Positions 8,781 through 18,091 of a stretch of DNA of 64,000 nt are shown one piece after another (positions within the stretch are counted from its first letter, which is position 1; each line of letters starts with the position of its first letter). The stretch is from Candidatus Saccharimonadota bacterium (GTDB taxonomy: Bacteria; Patescibacteriota; Saccharimonadia; Saccharimonadales; Saccharimonadaceae). The stretch covers positions 25,912 to 89,911 of the forward strand of contig JAFRKN010000003.1 of the NCBI GenBank assembly GCA_017431725.1, given 5' to 3'. Both the position numbers and the translations under genes were made by a program. The notes under the pieces were generated by a model. That model saw only the letters and a program-made list of their open reading frames with translations, made no database searches and was not told the origin of the DNA.

Positions 8781-10523
8781 CTACATTGGAAATAAATAGT
8801 CAAGATAATCTTTCATCATTCTAGTGCCAGAAATGATTGGGAGAAAAGCGGATAATTGACGCTTTATTATAAATTCTAAATCAAAATCATTTTCCCAAGC
8901 CAAAATTGCTTCCTCCATTCTTTGATAAAGCATGTTTAGTTCTTCCTCGTCATTTTCTCCGGAAACACTCAGATAAGAATTAATTGAAGCGTCTGCCACT
9001 CCGCCGTCGTGCGTAGAAATTAACATATTTAAATTGGCCACATCTTTCATCCAAGATGTTCCGCATGCTTCCAAACCTACAATCGGAATATTAATTGCAA
9101 CGTTAGAACCAACCGAAAGCCCAAAAGCTAATTTTTCGTCATAATCCGCGATATAATGTACGTGGGTTTTTAGATAATCATCTCTATTAACCATTTCTAG
9201 TAAGCATCTTAGCTTATTAGACATTGTTTCATCTCCCGCGTGTACTCTTCCTGCAATAATGTAATGTGCATTTCGCTTCTCTAGAATATTTCTTAATCTG
9301 TCCGGATTTCTAAATGGTAAATCTGGCCTCTTATAATCTACAAATCTACGCTTAAAATCAAAAATAAAATCATTGCCAGAAAATCTCAAAATTTTACCAT
9401 TTTGATCCGGTCTGTCCTTTAAACAAGCATTTAAAATACCTCTTCCATAGCGTTTTAATTCACGGATTTTTTCCGAACTTAATAATTCGATCCCCTCATC
9501 ATAATTTGGCGTAGGGGCGTTGAACCTGTCTAGTATATTTGCCCGATGATAAAAACTCATCGTTTCAGCTAGCACCCAGGCATCCATGTCAATCCCATTA
9601 GTGATAGCTTTAAACTTTACTTTGTTGCCAGCAATATCTTTATAATCTGCAACTCTAGTATGAAGTTTTGATACACCACTCTTTAATTCGGCGATTTCAA
9701 TTGTGACTGAAGATAATTTTAGTTTTCCATTACTAAATTTATCCTTCAACCATCTTTTTACCGCCAAAGATTTTAGATTTGGAAAAACATAATTTTCGAA
9801 TTGTCCCTCCGAAAACTCTGCTTCTGCAGCTTGTACAAGAGTATGATTAGTATAAAGAGTGTGTTTTCTGGTATAGACCACCGCTTCATAAAAATCCATG
9901 CCATTACGTACTAGTTCGTCTAATCTAGCTAGAGCCGCAAAAAAAGTTGCCACTTCGTTTAATTGCATGATTGCTGGCTTCAAACCAATCAGTTTTAGTG
10001 CCGCATAACCACCAAAGCCTAGTGCAACTTCTTGATAAAGCCGATGGTCTGAGCCACTTGTGCCAGAATAAAGTTCCCCAAAATTAGGCTCCGTAATAGC
10101 GATAATTCTCGTATTTTTGAATTTTTTTTCAATTACATCAAGTTGGCAAAGGTTATCATGACATTTTATAAAAACTTTATCAACTAGTTTAAAACCAAAA
10201 TTACGATAATTGACTGGAAAATGTTGATCGACAATTTGGCCATTTTTTAAATTTTGACGTACTTCATATGGATAAAACGGTGTAATTAAAGCAAAAGCTA
10301 CTCCCATTTTTTCAGCTACTCGTCTAGTGTCGGCCGCTAGTATACCTAGCCCTCCGCCGCCTCTAATACCATTTATTTGGTCATATAATTCGATCGTCCA
10401 ATATGTATAGGGTCTCTCGGGCGAAAGTGATTTAGTTAAACGTTCGCGCTCGACTGCTTCATAAAAAACATCGACGTCTTCAATATTTTCCAACGGATGG
10501 TAGTAATACGGCTCAACTTCCAT
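8781..10523 (-). CDS. glgP: Alpha-glucan (glycogen) phosphorylase, short GT35 form
   Basis: GGGGLGILAAD, LNEVAT, RRFVDYKR, EACGTSWMK (PLP lysine). Confidence 0.88.
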   Translation of the reverse strand: MEVEPYYYHPLENIEDVDVFYEAVERERLTKSLSPERPYTYWTIELYDQINGIRGGGGLGILAADTRRVAEKMGVAFALITPFYPYEVRQNLKNGQIVDQHFPVNYRNFGFKLVDKVFIKCHDNLCQLDVIEKKFKNTRIIAITEPNFGELYSGTSGSDHRLYQEVALGFGGYAALKLIGLKPAIMQLNEVATFFAALARLDELVRNGMDFYEAVVYTRKHTLYTNHTLVQAAEAEFSEGQFENYVFPNLKSLAVKRWLKDKFSNGKLKLSSVTIEIAELKSGVSKLHTRVADYKDIAGNKVKFKAITNGIDMDAWVLAETMSFYHRANILDRFNAPTPNYDEGIELLSSEKIRELKRYGRGILNACLKDRPDQNGKILRFSGNDFIFDFKRRFVDYKRPDLPFRNPDRLRNILEKRNAHYIIAGRVHAGDETMSNKLRCLLEMVNRDDYLKTHVHYIADYDEKLAFGLSVGSNVAINIPIVGLEACGTSWMKDVANLNMLISTHDGGVADASINSYLSVSGENDEEELNMLYQRMEEAILAWENDFDLEFIIKRQLSAFLPIISGTRMMKDYLDYLFPM

Positions 10524-10544
10524 TATGCTTATGATTATAGCACA

Positions 10545-11507
10545 TTAATACCAAAAATTTTTCGGCAATTTATCGGCAATGCGACGATGAAATTCATAAT
10601 CAAACCCTTCCAACCTCTCTGGTTGAGAGTTTTTGGCAAAATATTTATTTCTAATTTCTTTAGCAGTCATCATCTTGCCTGGTATCAGTTGATATTTTTT
10701 ATAAAAGTTTAACCCTCTTTTATAATTTTTTGGTGGGAGTATTGCCATCGGCAAAAAATCACAATTAATTTCTGGATCTGAATAAAGTTTTAATGCAAGC
10801 ATTGACATTGTGGGAATAATTTCTTCTTGCTTTTCGAAAGCCTCCTCAGTTTTAAAAACCGTCGCCTGTCTAGTTGCTGAGGGGGCCACAAAAATTACCC
10901 CACCATTTTTTATCGCATCATGTGAAAGTTTTGTATAAATATCTCTGAACTCTTTTTTCAGGCGTTTTCCTTCTTCATAAAGCAGAGAGCCTTCTTTTAG
11001 ATTCATTTTTTTCCAAGTTGATGGGGTAATCGTCGGAGTTATAATAATTCCTAGACGTTTAATGCGATCAAAATTTGGCGCTAGAGCCTCGTACCAGGGC
11101 AAATTCACTGGAAAATACATTGGTTTATCGCCCATAATATCAATTTTCATAGTTAATATTCTGGCAATCTCGCCAAGCGAGGGATGATTAAAACCAATTA
11201 CTATACCATTTTCATTATCCTTTGGCATTCCGACATAACTACCAGGCGTGATTCTTGACAAAATTTTAACTAATTTTTTTCGTGCTGCTTTGTTATGTTT
11301 TTCTGGATTATTTTTTGGCCCCGTCGTACCAAAAAAATAATTAATTGCTGTATTGCAAGCTTTGCCAACTGGCACCATTTCTTTACGCAAATTTTCTGCC
11401 CCAAGTGTAGTTAATAAAGAGTAGTTTTCGTGTTGTATTTTGTCAATTATTTCTTCCGCAGATAAGTTTTTTAATTCACTTTTTTTAAAAATTTTCTTCT
11501 TTGCCAT
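10545..11507 (-). CDS. Putative lysophospholipid/glycerol-phosphate acyltransferase-fold protein
   Basis: GFNHPSLGE (HxxxxD/E block I) and FVAPSATR (block III-like). Start reassigned to ATG 11507, 7 nt after a TATAAT. Confidence 0.55.
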   Translation of the reverse strand: MAKKKIFKKSELKNLSAEEIIDKIQHENYSLLTTLGAENLRKEMVPVGKACNTAINYFFGTTGPKNNPEKHNKAARKKLVKILSRITPGSYVGMPKDNENGIVIGFNHPSLGEIARILTMKIDIMGDKPMYFPVNLPWYEALAPNFDRIKRLGIIITPTITPSTWKKMNLKEGSLLYEEGKRLKKEFRDIYTKLSHDAIKNGGVIFVAPSATRQATVFKTEEAFEKQEEIIPTMSMLALKLYSDPEINCDFLPMAILPPKNYKRGLNFYKKYQLIPGKMMTAKEIRNKYFAKNSQPERLEGFDYEFHRRIADKLPKNFWY

Positions 11508-11558
11508 AACAATCATTATAACACGAAAAAACGCCACTCTGGCGCCTTTTAATTCGAC

Positions 11559-11700
11559 TGGCTGGGGATGAGGGATTCGATTCGAAGAACGAGTCCTGCT
11601 TTTTGTGCATGCTCGTTAGAGCATGGCTGGGGATGAGGGATTCGACCGGAGCGTCAGCGACGGACGAGTCCTGCTTTTTGATGTTTTTGTGAAACAAAAA
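11559..11700 (-). repeat. Two exact 22-nt copies of the tRNA-Gln 3' end separated by motif-bearing units
   Basis: TGGCTGGGGATGAGGGATTCGA occurs at 11559-11580, 11624-11645 and 11701-11722. Both intervening units contain ACGAGTCCTGCTTTTTG. Confidence 0.95.
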
Positions 11701-11775
11701 TGGCTGGGGATGAGGGATTCGAACCCCCGAATGTCGGGACCAGAACCCGATGCCTTACCACTTGGCGAATCCCCA
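11701..11775 (-). tRNA. tRNA-Gln(CTG)
   Basis: Cloverleaf TGGGGAT/ATCCCCA, anticodon arm TCGGG-TTCTGGT-CCCGA, GTTCGAATC T-loop, encoded CCA. Confidence 0.97.
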
Positions 11776-11800
11776 ACGCGGAAATAATTATACCACAAGT

Positions 11801-14800
11801 CTATTCACTCCGCAACGCCTCAACTGGGTCTTTCTTTGAGGCGGCTCGAGCCGGGATTAAACCACCAATTAGTGTGAGTACAATCGATAATCCAACCAAA
11901 AACAAAGCCATTTTGGGATCCAACACAGCTGAAAGTGGTATATCGCCCGTAAAATAATGTAGAATCATATTTATTGGTGGAATTAAAAGATACGATATTC
12001 CTACACCAAATATTCCAGACAAAAAGCCAATAATAGTCGTTTCTGCATTAAAAATCGACGAAATATTATGTTTGCTTGCTCCAATTGCGCGTAAAATTCC
12101 GATTTCTTTAGTCCTTTCGTATACCGAAATATAAGTAATCACGCCAATCATAATTGACGAAACAACCAAAGAAATCGAAACAAACGCTATTAATACATAC
12201 GAGACTGCATCAACAATTGTTTTTACGGAAGACATTAAAACTCCCGTCGTATCAGTATAATCAATCACTTTATCTTCTTCTCCAAGCGAACGCATCGAAT
12301 CATTATAGCCATCTAGAAAATCAATAAATTTTGTTTTTCCATCAAAACTCGAAAAATAGAATGACAATTGCGTTGGATCGTTTAAATCCTGATATCCTAA
12401 AGCCGAAAGATTAGTCGCAAGCGTCGTCTTCTTCTTATTAAACATTGCCGTTACTACCCTCGAGAGTTCCTCTTCCGAAAAATTTAAACGAAAAGCCCCG
12501 ATAATTGCGTCTTGGTCTACATGAAAAGCTGAGGCAAAACTATTTGACAAATATGAAGTTAATTCTCCCACTTTCGTCAAAATTTCCTTTTTCATGATTA
12601 TTTCAGTTAGCGGTACCGCTATTGCATCAAAAGCCGTATTAAATTTGATTGAATCAAGTAGAGTTTCTGTCACCTGATTATAAATCATTGGCACAATCGT
12701 TATATCACTAGTTTCTACATCAAAACTAGGATTCATTGTTTGCGTCATTGCATAAGCCTGGATATAAGTTTCCAAAGTTCCAGATAATAATCCCTGATAA
12801 AGCATTTGTGCTTGCTCTGTTGGCAGATAATACAACATCTCAAATTCGCTGAAATCTTGCCGATTCAAAAACTCTGTCACTATTCCAGAAATTTCAGTTT
12901 TTTTGAAAGCCCCCTTTATTATCAACTCATTTTTCAAATTTTCTATCATAGTTTTGTACTTATCAACCAACTCATCTCTAATTGGCGATATATCAGCAGT
13001 AATATCATTGGCAATTTGGTTAATATATTCAGTGGTTTTTGCGGTAATTGTATTTTGGTTTATTGTCGTCCCGAAAGCTCTTGATAACGCCGCCTCATCT
13101 ATTGATACTAAATCCGAAAAGGCAAAATTAAAATTCTTTCCTTCTTCATCAAATCTTTTGCCAGAAAAAATATCTACTTCTGTATTATCGAGTTGCTTTT
13201 GAACAATTTCAGATTGGCCTGATTTTTCGATAATATGTTGAACCAATGAAGGTAAATATGCTATTCCACTTCCCGCTGATAGCATTTCTGAATTCATTAC
13301 CGCAACCCCCACGACGTGGAGTTTTTCTGCTTCATTATAAATAGAACGCATATAATTTTCATCTTCAGACATATTTTCATATATTTCATATTTCGTGTTG
13401 TATTTATATGTTTTAGTTGCGGGAATTAACCTTAAATCTACGTCTAGAAGATCCTCGTAAGTAAGTTCCAAAGGCTCATTATCAATTGCAACCTTTTCCC
13501 CACTCATAATTTTTGAGACAATCTCATTTAATTCATTAGAATTATGAAAGCCTAAAGAATATGTCAAAAGCTCCGAAATCTCATTCTTATTACTTAACAC
13601 GACCAACATTTCATTATATTTTTCTGGGTATCGCCCCGCTAAAATTTCGGTATCATTTTTTAAATTTTCAGATTCATATTGCCGAAATACCGAAGTCATA
13701 GTTGAATAATTTCTTAGTAGTGAAGTTTCCCCAATTAACGAAGTGAACATATTGCTCGGATTCATCTTCGCAATTTTTCCAGTCACATCCTCAGTATATA
13801 TTACCGGATCCACATTATATTCATATTCCATTATTCTGATATCATCTTGAAGATTTTGCCCGTGTATCTTTAAATATTTCGTAAAACTCGGCAAATCATT
13901 ATTCGAAACAGCTCCAAGCGTAGAAGTTAATATTTGATTTTCATGCAATTTATCATCATCATTTTTGCTATTTACATTGCCAGTTAAACTCAGTAAAATA
14001 CCAGAAACATCAGCTGATTCTTTTTGTAAAGCTAATGGATATGATCCCAAAGTATCTTGTTCTATTTTGTCAATATAATTTTGGAATCCAGTCGAAACTG
14101 CACTAATTAAAGCTATACCGATAATCCCAATCGACCCCGCCAAAGCTACTAAAATTGTTCGAGTCTTTTTTGTTAGTAGATTTTTGAGAGACAACAATAA
14201 GGCTGTCATAAATGACATTTTTGTTTTTTTGCTTTTGTTTTTTGCTTCAATTAAATCTAAATCAGTTTTAATTTTCCCGTCATAAGAGTTGGAGTCCGCT
14301 GTGATTTTCCCATCCTTAAGGTTTATAATGCGCGTTGCATATTTTTCTGCCAATTCCGGATTATGTGTTACCATTATCACCAACTTATTGCTAGCAATTT
14401 GCTTCAGTAATTTCATCACTTGTGTTGAGGTTTCTGAATCTAATGCTCCTGTCGGCTCATCCGCCAATAAAATATCCGGATCGTTTATTAATGCTCGCGC
14501 AATCGCCACGCGTTGCATCTGCCCACCCGACAATTGTGATGGTAGCTTATTTATATGTTCCTCCAAACCAACTTTCTTTAATACTTTCTTAGCACGACGC
14601 ACTGACTCACGTTTAGAAATACCCGAAAGCGTTAAAGCTAACTTTACATTGTTGAGAACTGTCTGATGCGGAATTAAATTATAAGATTGAAAAACAAATC
14701 CAATTCGATGGTTACGATAGGCATCCCAGTCTTTATCGCGAAATTTTTCGGTTGATTTTTCATTAATAATCAAATTACCAGAATCATAATGATCAAGCCC

Positions 14801-14956
14801 ACCGATGATGTTAAGGAGTGTGGTTTTTCCGGAACCCGAAGGACCCAAGATTGCCGCAAATTCTGAAATTGGAAAATTAATCGACACTTTATCAAGAACG
14901 GTCCGTCGAACTCCACCAGTCACATAGACCTTTGTTACGCCCCTTAACTCCAGCAT
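11801..14956 (-). CDS. MacB/FtsX-type ABC transporter, fused ATPase and permease
   Basis: GPSGSGKTT, LSGGQMQR, LADEPTGALD, ERTKEIGILRAIGA. Confidence 0.93.
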   Translation of the reverse strand: MLELRGVTKVYVTGGVRRTVLDKVSINFPISEFAAILGPSGSGKTTLLNIIGGLDHYDSGNLIINEKSTEKFRDKDWDAYRNHRIGFVFQSYNLIPHQTVLNNVKLALTLSGISKRESVRRAKKVLKKVGLEEHINKLPSQLSGGQMQRVAIARALINDPDILLADEPTGALDSETSTQVMKLLKQIASNKLVIMVTHNPELAEKYATRIINLKDGKITADSNSYDGKIKTDLDLIEAKNKSKKTKMSFMTALLLSLKNLLTKKTRTILVALAGSIGIIGIALISAVSTGFQNYIDKIEQDTLGSYPLALQKESADVSGILLSLTGNVNSKNDDDKLHENQILTSTLGAVSNNDLPSFTKYLKIHGQNLQDDIRIMEYEYNVDPVIYTEDVTGKIAKMNPSNMFTSLIGETSLLRNYSTMTSVFRQYESENLKNDTEILAGRYPEKYNEMLVVLSNKNEISELLTYSLGFHNSNELNEIVSKIMSGEKVAIDNEPLELTYEDLLDVDLRLIPATKTYKYNTKYEIYENMSEDENYMRSIYNEAEKLHVVGVAVMNSEMLSAGSGIAYLPSLVQHIIEKSGQSEIVQKQLDNTEVDIFSGKRFDEEGKNFNFAFSDLVSIDEAALSRAFGTTINQNTITAKTTEYINQIANDITADISPIRDELVDKYKTMIENLKNELIIKGAFKKTEISGIVTEFLNRQDFSEFEMLYYLPTEQAQMLYQGLLSGTLETYIQAYAMTQTMNPSFDVETSDITIVPMIYNQVTETLLDSIKFNTAFDAIAVPLTEIIMKKEILTKVGELTSYLSNSFASAFHVDQDAIIGAFRLNFSEEELSRVVTAMFNKKKTTLATNLSALGYQDLNDPTQLSFYFSSFDGKTKFIDFLDGYNDSMRSLGEEDKVIDYTDTTGVLMSSVKTIVDAVSYVLIAFVSISLVVSSIMIGVITYISVYERTKEIGILRAIGASKHNISSIFNAETTIIGFLSGIFGVGISYLLIPPINMILHYFTGDIPLSAVLDPKMALFLVGLSIVLTLIGGLIPARAASKKDPVEALRSE

Positions 14957-15015
14957 ATATTTATATGGTAACACATTCTGAAGAGATTTACTAGATTTCA
15001 GGTTATAATATATAT

Positions 15016-15774
15016 ATGGATAATAAAGTCCTCGACCGTATTGAGAAAAAATATTTAATTACTAAGTCTCAGAAAAGAAATCTTCTGAAAATTATCAGGA
15101 GAAATATGAAAAGAGACAGTTATTTTAAGTCCGAAGTGATTAATTTATATTTTGATACTGATAATTATGATTTAATTATTCAATCGATTGACCAGCCAAT
15201 TTTTAAAGAAAAATTACGTGCTCGTTCTTATTCCGGATATGATCGAGTTTTTCTCGAAATCAAAACTAAACTACGTGGAAAAGAAATAAATCCTGGTTTT
15301 AAACGTCGGGTAATGATTAAACACCAAGATTTTGAAGAACTTATTGCCAAAAAACATACAGTTCTCACTCTAGCCGCTCGTTCAATCGAGACCAAAAATG
15401 ATCTCCAAATTGCTAAAGAGGTTGATTATCTCATTGCAAAATTTCATTTAAAACCTAAAATTTTAGTCATATATAATCGCGAGAGTTATCAAGGCGAGAA
15501 TAAGCTTCGTATTACTTTTGATGAAAATCTAAAATATCGTGATGATAATTTGAGCTTATTTAAAGGAAAAGATGATAAAATTTATTTTAAGGGCAAACAA
15601 AATATTATTATGGAGATCAAAGCACACGGAGTTTTGCCTCTATGGCTGGTAAAAATTTTATCAGAAAACAAAGTTTATCCAGAGCAATTTAGCAAAGTTG
15701 GTAGAATATTCGAACGGATAATACTCGAAAAAAACACCGCTCGAATACATCACAGAAAGGAAAAACATGTTTAA
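15016..15774 (+). CDS. VTC (polyphosphate polymerase-like, CYTH-fold) domain protein
   Basis: RIEKKY, YFDT, EKLRARSY, FLEIK, RITFD, MEIK, FSK motifs. Confidence 0.88.
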   Translation: MDNKVLDRIEKKYLITKSQKRNLLKIIRRNMKRDSYFKSEVINLYFDTDNYDLIIQSIDQPIFKEKLRARSYSGYDRVFLEIKTKLRGKEINPGFKRRVMIKHQDFEELIAKKHTVLTLAARSIETKNDLQIAKEVDYLIAKFHLKPKILVIYNRESYQGENKLRITFDENLKYRDDNLSLFKGKDDKIYFKGKQNIIMEIKAHGVLPLWLVKILSENKVYPEQFSKVGRIFERIILEKNTARIHHRKEKHV

Positions 15775-16438
15775 TACTATTTTTAATTCAACTGCAGTTG
15801 GGCTTGATATTTCGACTGCTTTAATTGCTGCCGGCGTTGCGCTAGGGCTTGGTCTTATTATTGCGATCACCCACATGACAACCTCACAAACCAGCAAAAG
15901 TTTTTTAGTCACTCTTGCAATCTTACCACTACTCGTCATGGCAGTGATGATTATGATAAATGGCAATCTTGGCACTTCAATCGCTATTTTAGGCGCTTTT
16001 TCTCTTATTCGGTTTCGTTCGATTCAGGGCAATGCAAAAGAACTCCTTAGCATCTTCTTTGCTATGATGATTGGGCTTGCCTGTGGTATGGGGCACGTTC
16101 TTTTCGGTACCGTTATCACTGCTATTGCCGTTATTGCTATTCTTATTTTTTCCTATACGAATTTTCTCGAACCCAACAAAAAGCAACGTATTTTAAAAAT
16201 TGTTATTCCCGAAGATTTAGATTACGAAACAGTTTTTGATGACATTTTTAAAAAATATACTTCTAAGGCTGAGCTCGTTCGCATGAAAACTGTCAACATG
16301 GGTAGTCTCTATAAATTAACTTACAATATTACCATGAAACATGGTGTCAAAGAGAAAGATTTTCTAGACGAAATTCGTGTCAAAAATTGTAATTTAAAAG
16401 TTCTTCTTTCGCATCCTTGTCTCGAAGAGGAAATATAA
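15767..16438 (+). CDS. DUF4956 family membrane protein
   Basis: GAFSLIRFRS, GLACGMG; overlaps the VTC gene by 8 nt. Confidence 0.88.
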   Translation: MFNTIFNSTAVGLDISTALIAAGVALGLGLIIAITHMTTSQTSKSFLVTLAILPLLVMAVMIMINGNLGTSIAILGAFSLIRFRSIQGNAKELLSIFFAMMIGLACGMGHVLFGTVITAIAVIAILIFSYTNFLEPNKKQRILKIVIPEDLDYETVFDDIFKKYTSKAELVRMKTVNMGSLYKLTYNITMKHGVKEKDFLDEIRVKNCNLKVLLSHPCLEEEI

Positions 16439-18051
16439 TGAAAAATCATCAAAATTTATCAATTGGGGTAAAAAAATCTCAAAAAAACTTTTTCTGCCAA
16501 GAAAACTTAAAGTGGTTTTTGCTAATATTTATTACTATTATTATCTTATTAATTACAATTTTTATAAATATCAATAATACCAAAGACGACGCTACTATCA
16601 TTACTGGCACTATTGAGACCGACAACGGAAATCAAAAAATTGATTGGGGTCGTTATCCAACTCATAATATTACATTATCGGAATCGCTCACTATTACTGA
16701 AGCCGGAACTTATCATTTAATTGGAGAGCTTGAAGACGGGCTCATCACGGTCAATATAGAAAATACCGTTGCCAGATTAATTCTAGATAATGTAAAAATC
16801 AAAAATTCTTCTGGTCCTGCAATTCTTTGTAGCGCTGGCGAAGATTTAGTAATTGAATTAGTTGGCGAAAATACATTAGAGGATGGCGTGTTATATGCGG
16901 CCGATTATGCCGAAGACGTTACGGGCGTTGTTTATTCCAAAGCCGATCTAAGTTTTAGCGGTAATGGCAATCTCAATATTACCGCAAATCATCAAGATGC
17001 CATAATTAGCAAAGATGACCTCAAATTTAGCAGTGGTAATTATATTATCAATGCTATTGACGATGGTATACGCGGCAAAGACTCAGTTTATATCGTTGCT
17101 GGAAATTTTGATATTAAATCTGGCGGTGACGCCATTAAATCTACTAATGAGACAGATGCCAAGAAAGGTTTTATTGTTATTGAAAACGGAAAATTCAATA
17201 TTGATAGTTCAATGAAAGGCATTGCCGCCGTTAATAGTATTTTAATTTATAATGGGGATTTCAACATTTTGTCTTCTGACGATTCAATCCATTCAAATAA
17301 TTACGTCGGTATAATTAATGGTAGTCTAAATTTAAATTCTGGTGATGATGGGATACATGCTGACCGTGAATTAATTATAGATGGGGGAAACATTGTTGTT
17401 GAAAAAGCTTACGAAGGGTTAGAATCGCAAGCTATTACTATTAATAACGGGGCTATTAGCCTTTATACTTCTGATGATGGCATTAATGCAGGCGGTGGCG
17501 CAGATTTATCTTCTAATAATAAAATGGATATATTTTCCGCAGATGAAAATTGCGTCATAAACATTAATGGTGGGAATCTTTATATTGATTCTTCTGGCGA
17601 TGGTATTGATTCTAACGGATTCTTATATTTTAATGGGGGCACTACTGTGATAGATGGCCCTACTAATAATGGCAATGGGGCGCTCGATGCCGGTCTTGGT
17701 ATCACAACGAACGGTGGTGAAGTCATTGCGGTGGGTGCTAGCGGAATGGCAGAAGATTTGGGCTCTTCTTCATCAATTTATAGTATTAGTAGCTTTTTCC
17801 AAAACACTCAAAAAGCCGGTACTAAAATAGAAATTAAAGATTCATATAATAATATTCTTATATCCCATATTTCGGCTAAGACTTTTAGTCATTTAGCGGC
17901 TGGATCTGATTCTTTTATACCTGGTATGAGCTATAAAATTTTTATTGACGACAAAGAATATACTTCATTTTCCATTAAAGATACCGTTACTATTATTGGA
18001 AATGTCCGTTCAAATCAAATGATGCCTCAAGCCCAACAAAATCATAGATAA
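16438..18051 (+). CDS. Membrane-anchored carbohydrate-binding beta-helix protein (DUF4353-like)
   Basis: N-terminal TM, TITEAGTYHL, repeated DDGIH/DDGIN/GDGIDSNG units; TAATG stop-start coupling. Confidence 0.8.
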   Translation: MKNHQNLSIGVKKSQKNFFCQENLKWFLLIFITIIILLITIFININNTKDDATIITGTIETDNGNQKIDWGRYPTHNITLSESLTITEAGTYHLIGELEDGLITVNIENTVARLILDNVKIKNSSGPAILCSAGEDLVIELVGENTLEDGVLYAADYAEDVTGVVYSKADLSFSGNGNLNITANHQDAIISKDDLKFSSGNYIINAIDDGIRGKDSVYIVAGNFDIKSGGDAIKSTNETDAKKGFIVIENGKFNIDSSMKGIAAVNSILIYNGDFNILSSDDSIHSNNYVGIINGSLNLNSGDDGIHADRELIIDGGNIVVEKAYEGLESQAITINNGAISLYTSDDGINAGGGADLSSNNKMDIFSADENCVININGGNLYIDSSGDGIDSNGFLYFNGGTTVIDGPTNNGNGALDAGLGITTNGGEVIAVGASGMAEDLGSSSSIYSISSFFQNTQKAGTKIEIKDSYNNILISHISAKTFSHLAAGSDSFIPGMSYKIFIDDKEYTSFSIKDTVTIIGNVRSNQMMPQAQQNHR

Positions 18052-18091
18052 ACTTTTTTTCTTATGCTATAATAAGCAAAAAGGAGGTTAT

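Noticed and set aside
11559-11722. CRISPR array interpretation of the 22-nt direct repeats (also 33533-33698)
   Set aside because: The repeats are exact tRNA 3' ends, the spacers share a conserved motif and there are no cas genes in the window.
11485-11957. ORFs overlapping the tRNA-Gln array (11485..11697, 11616..11798, 11700..11957) and the tRNA-Tyr array (33567..33941)
   Set aside because: They are chance frames through tRNA and repeat sequence with no coding evidence.
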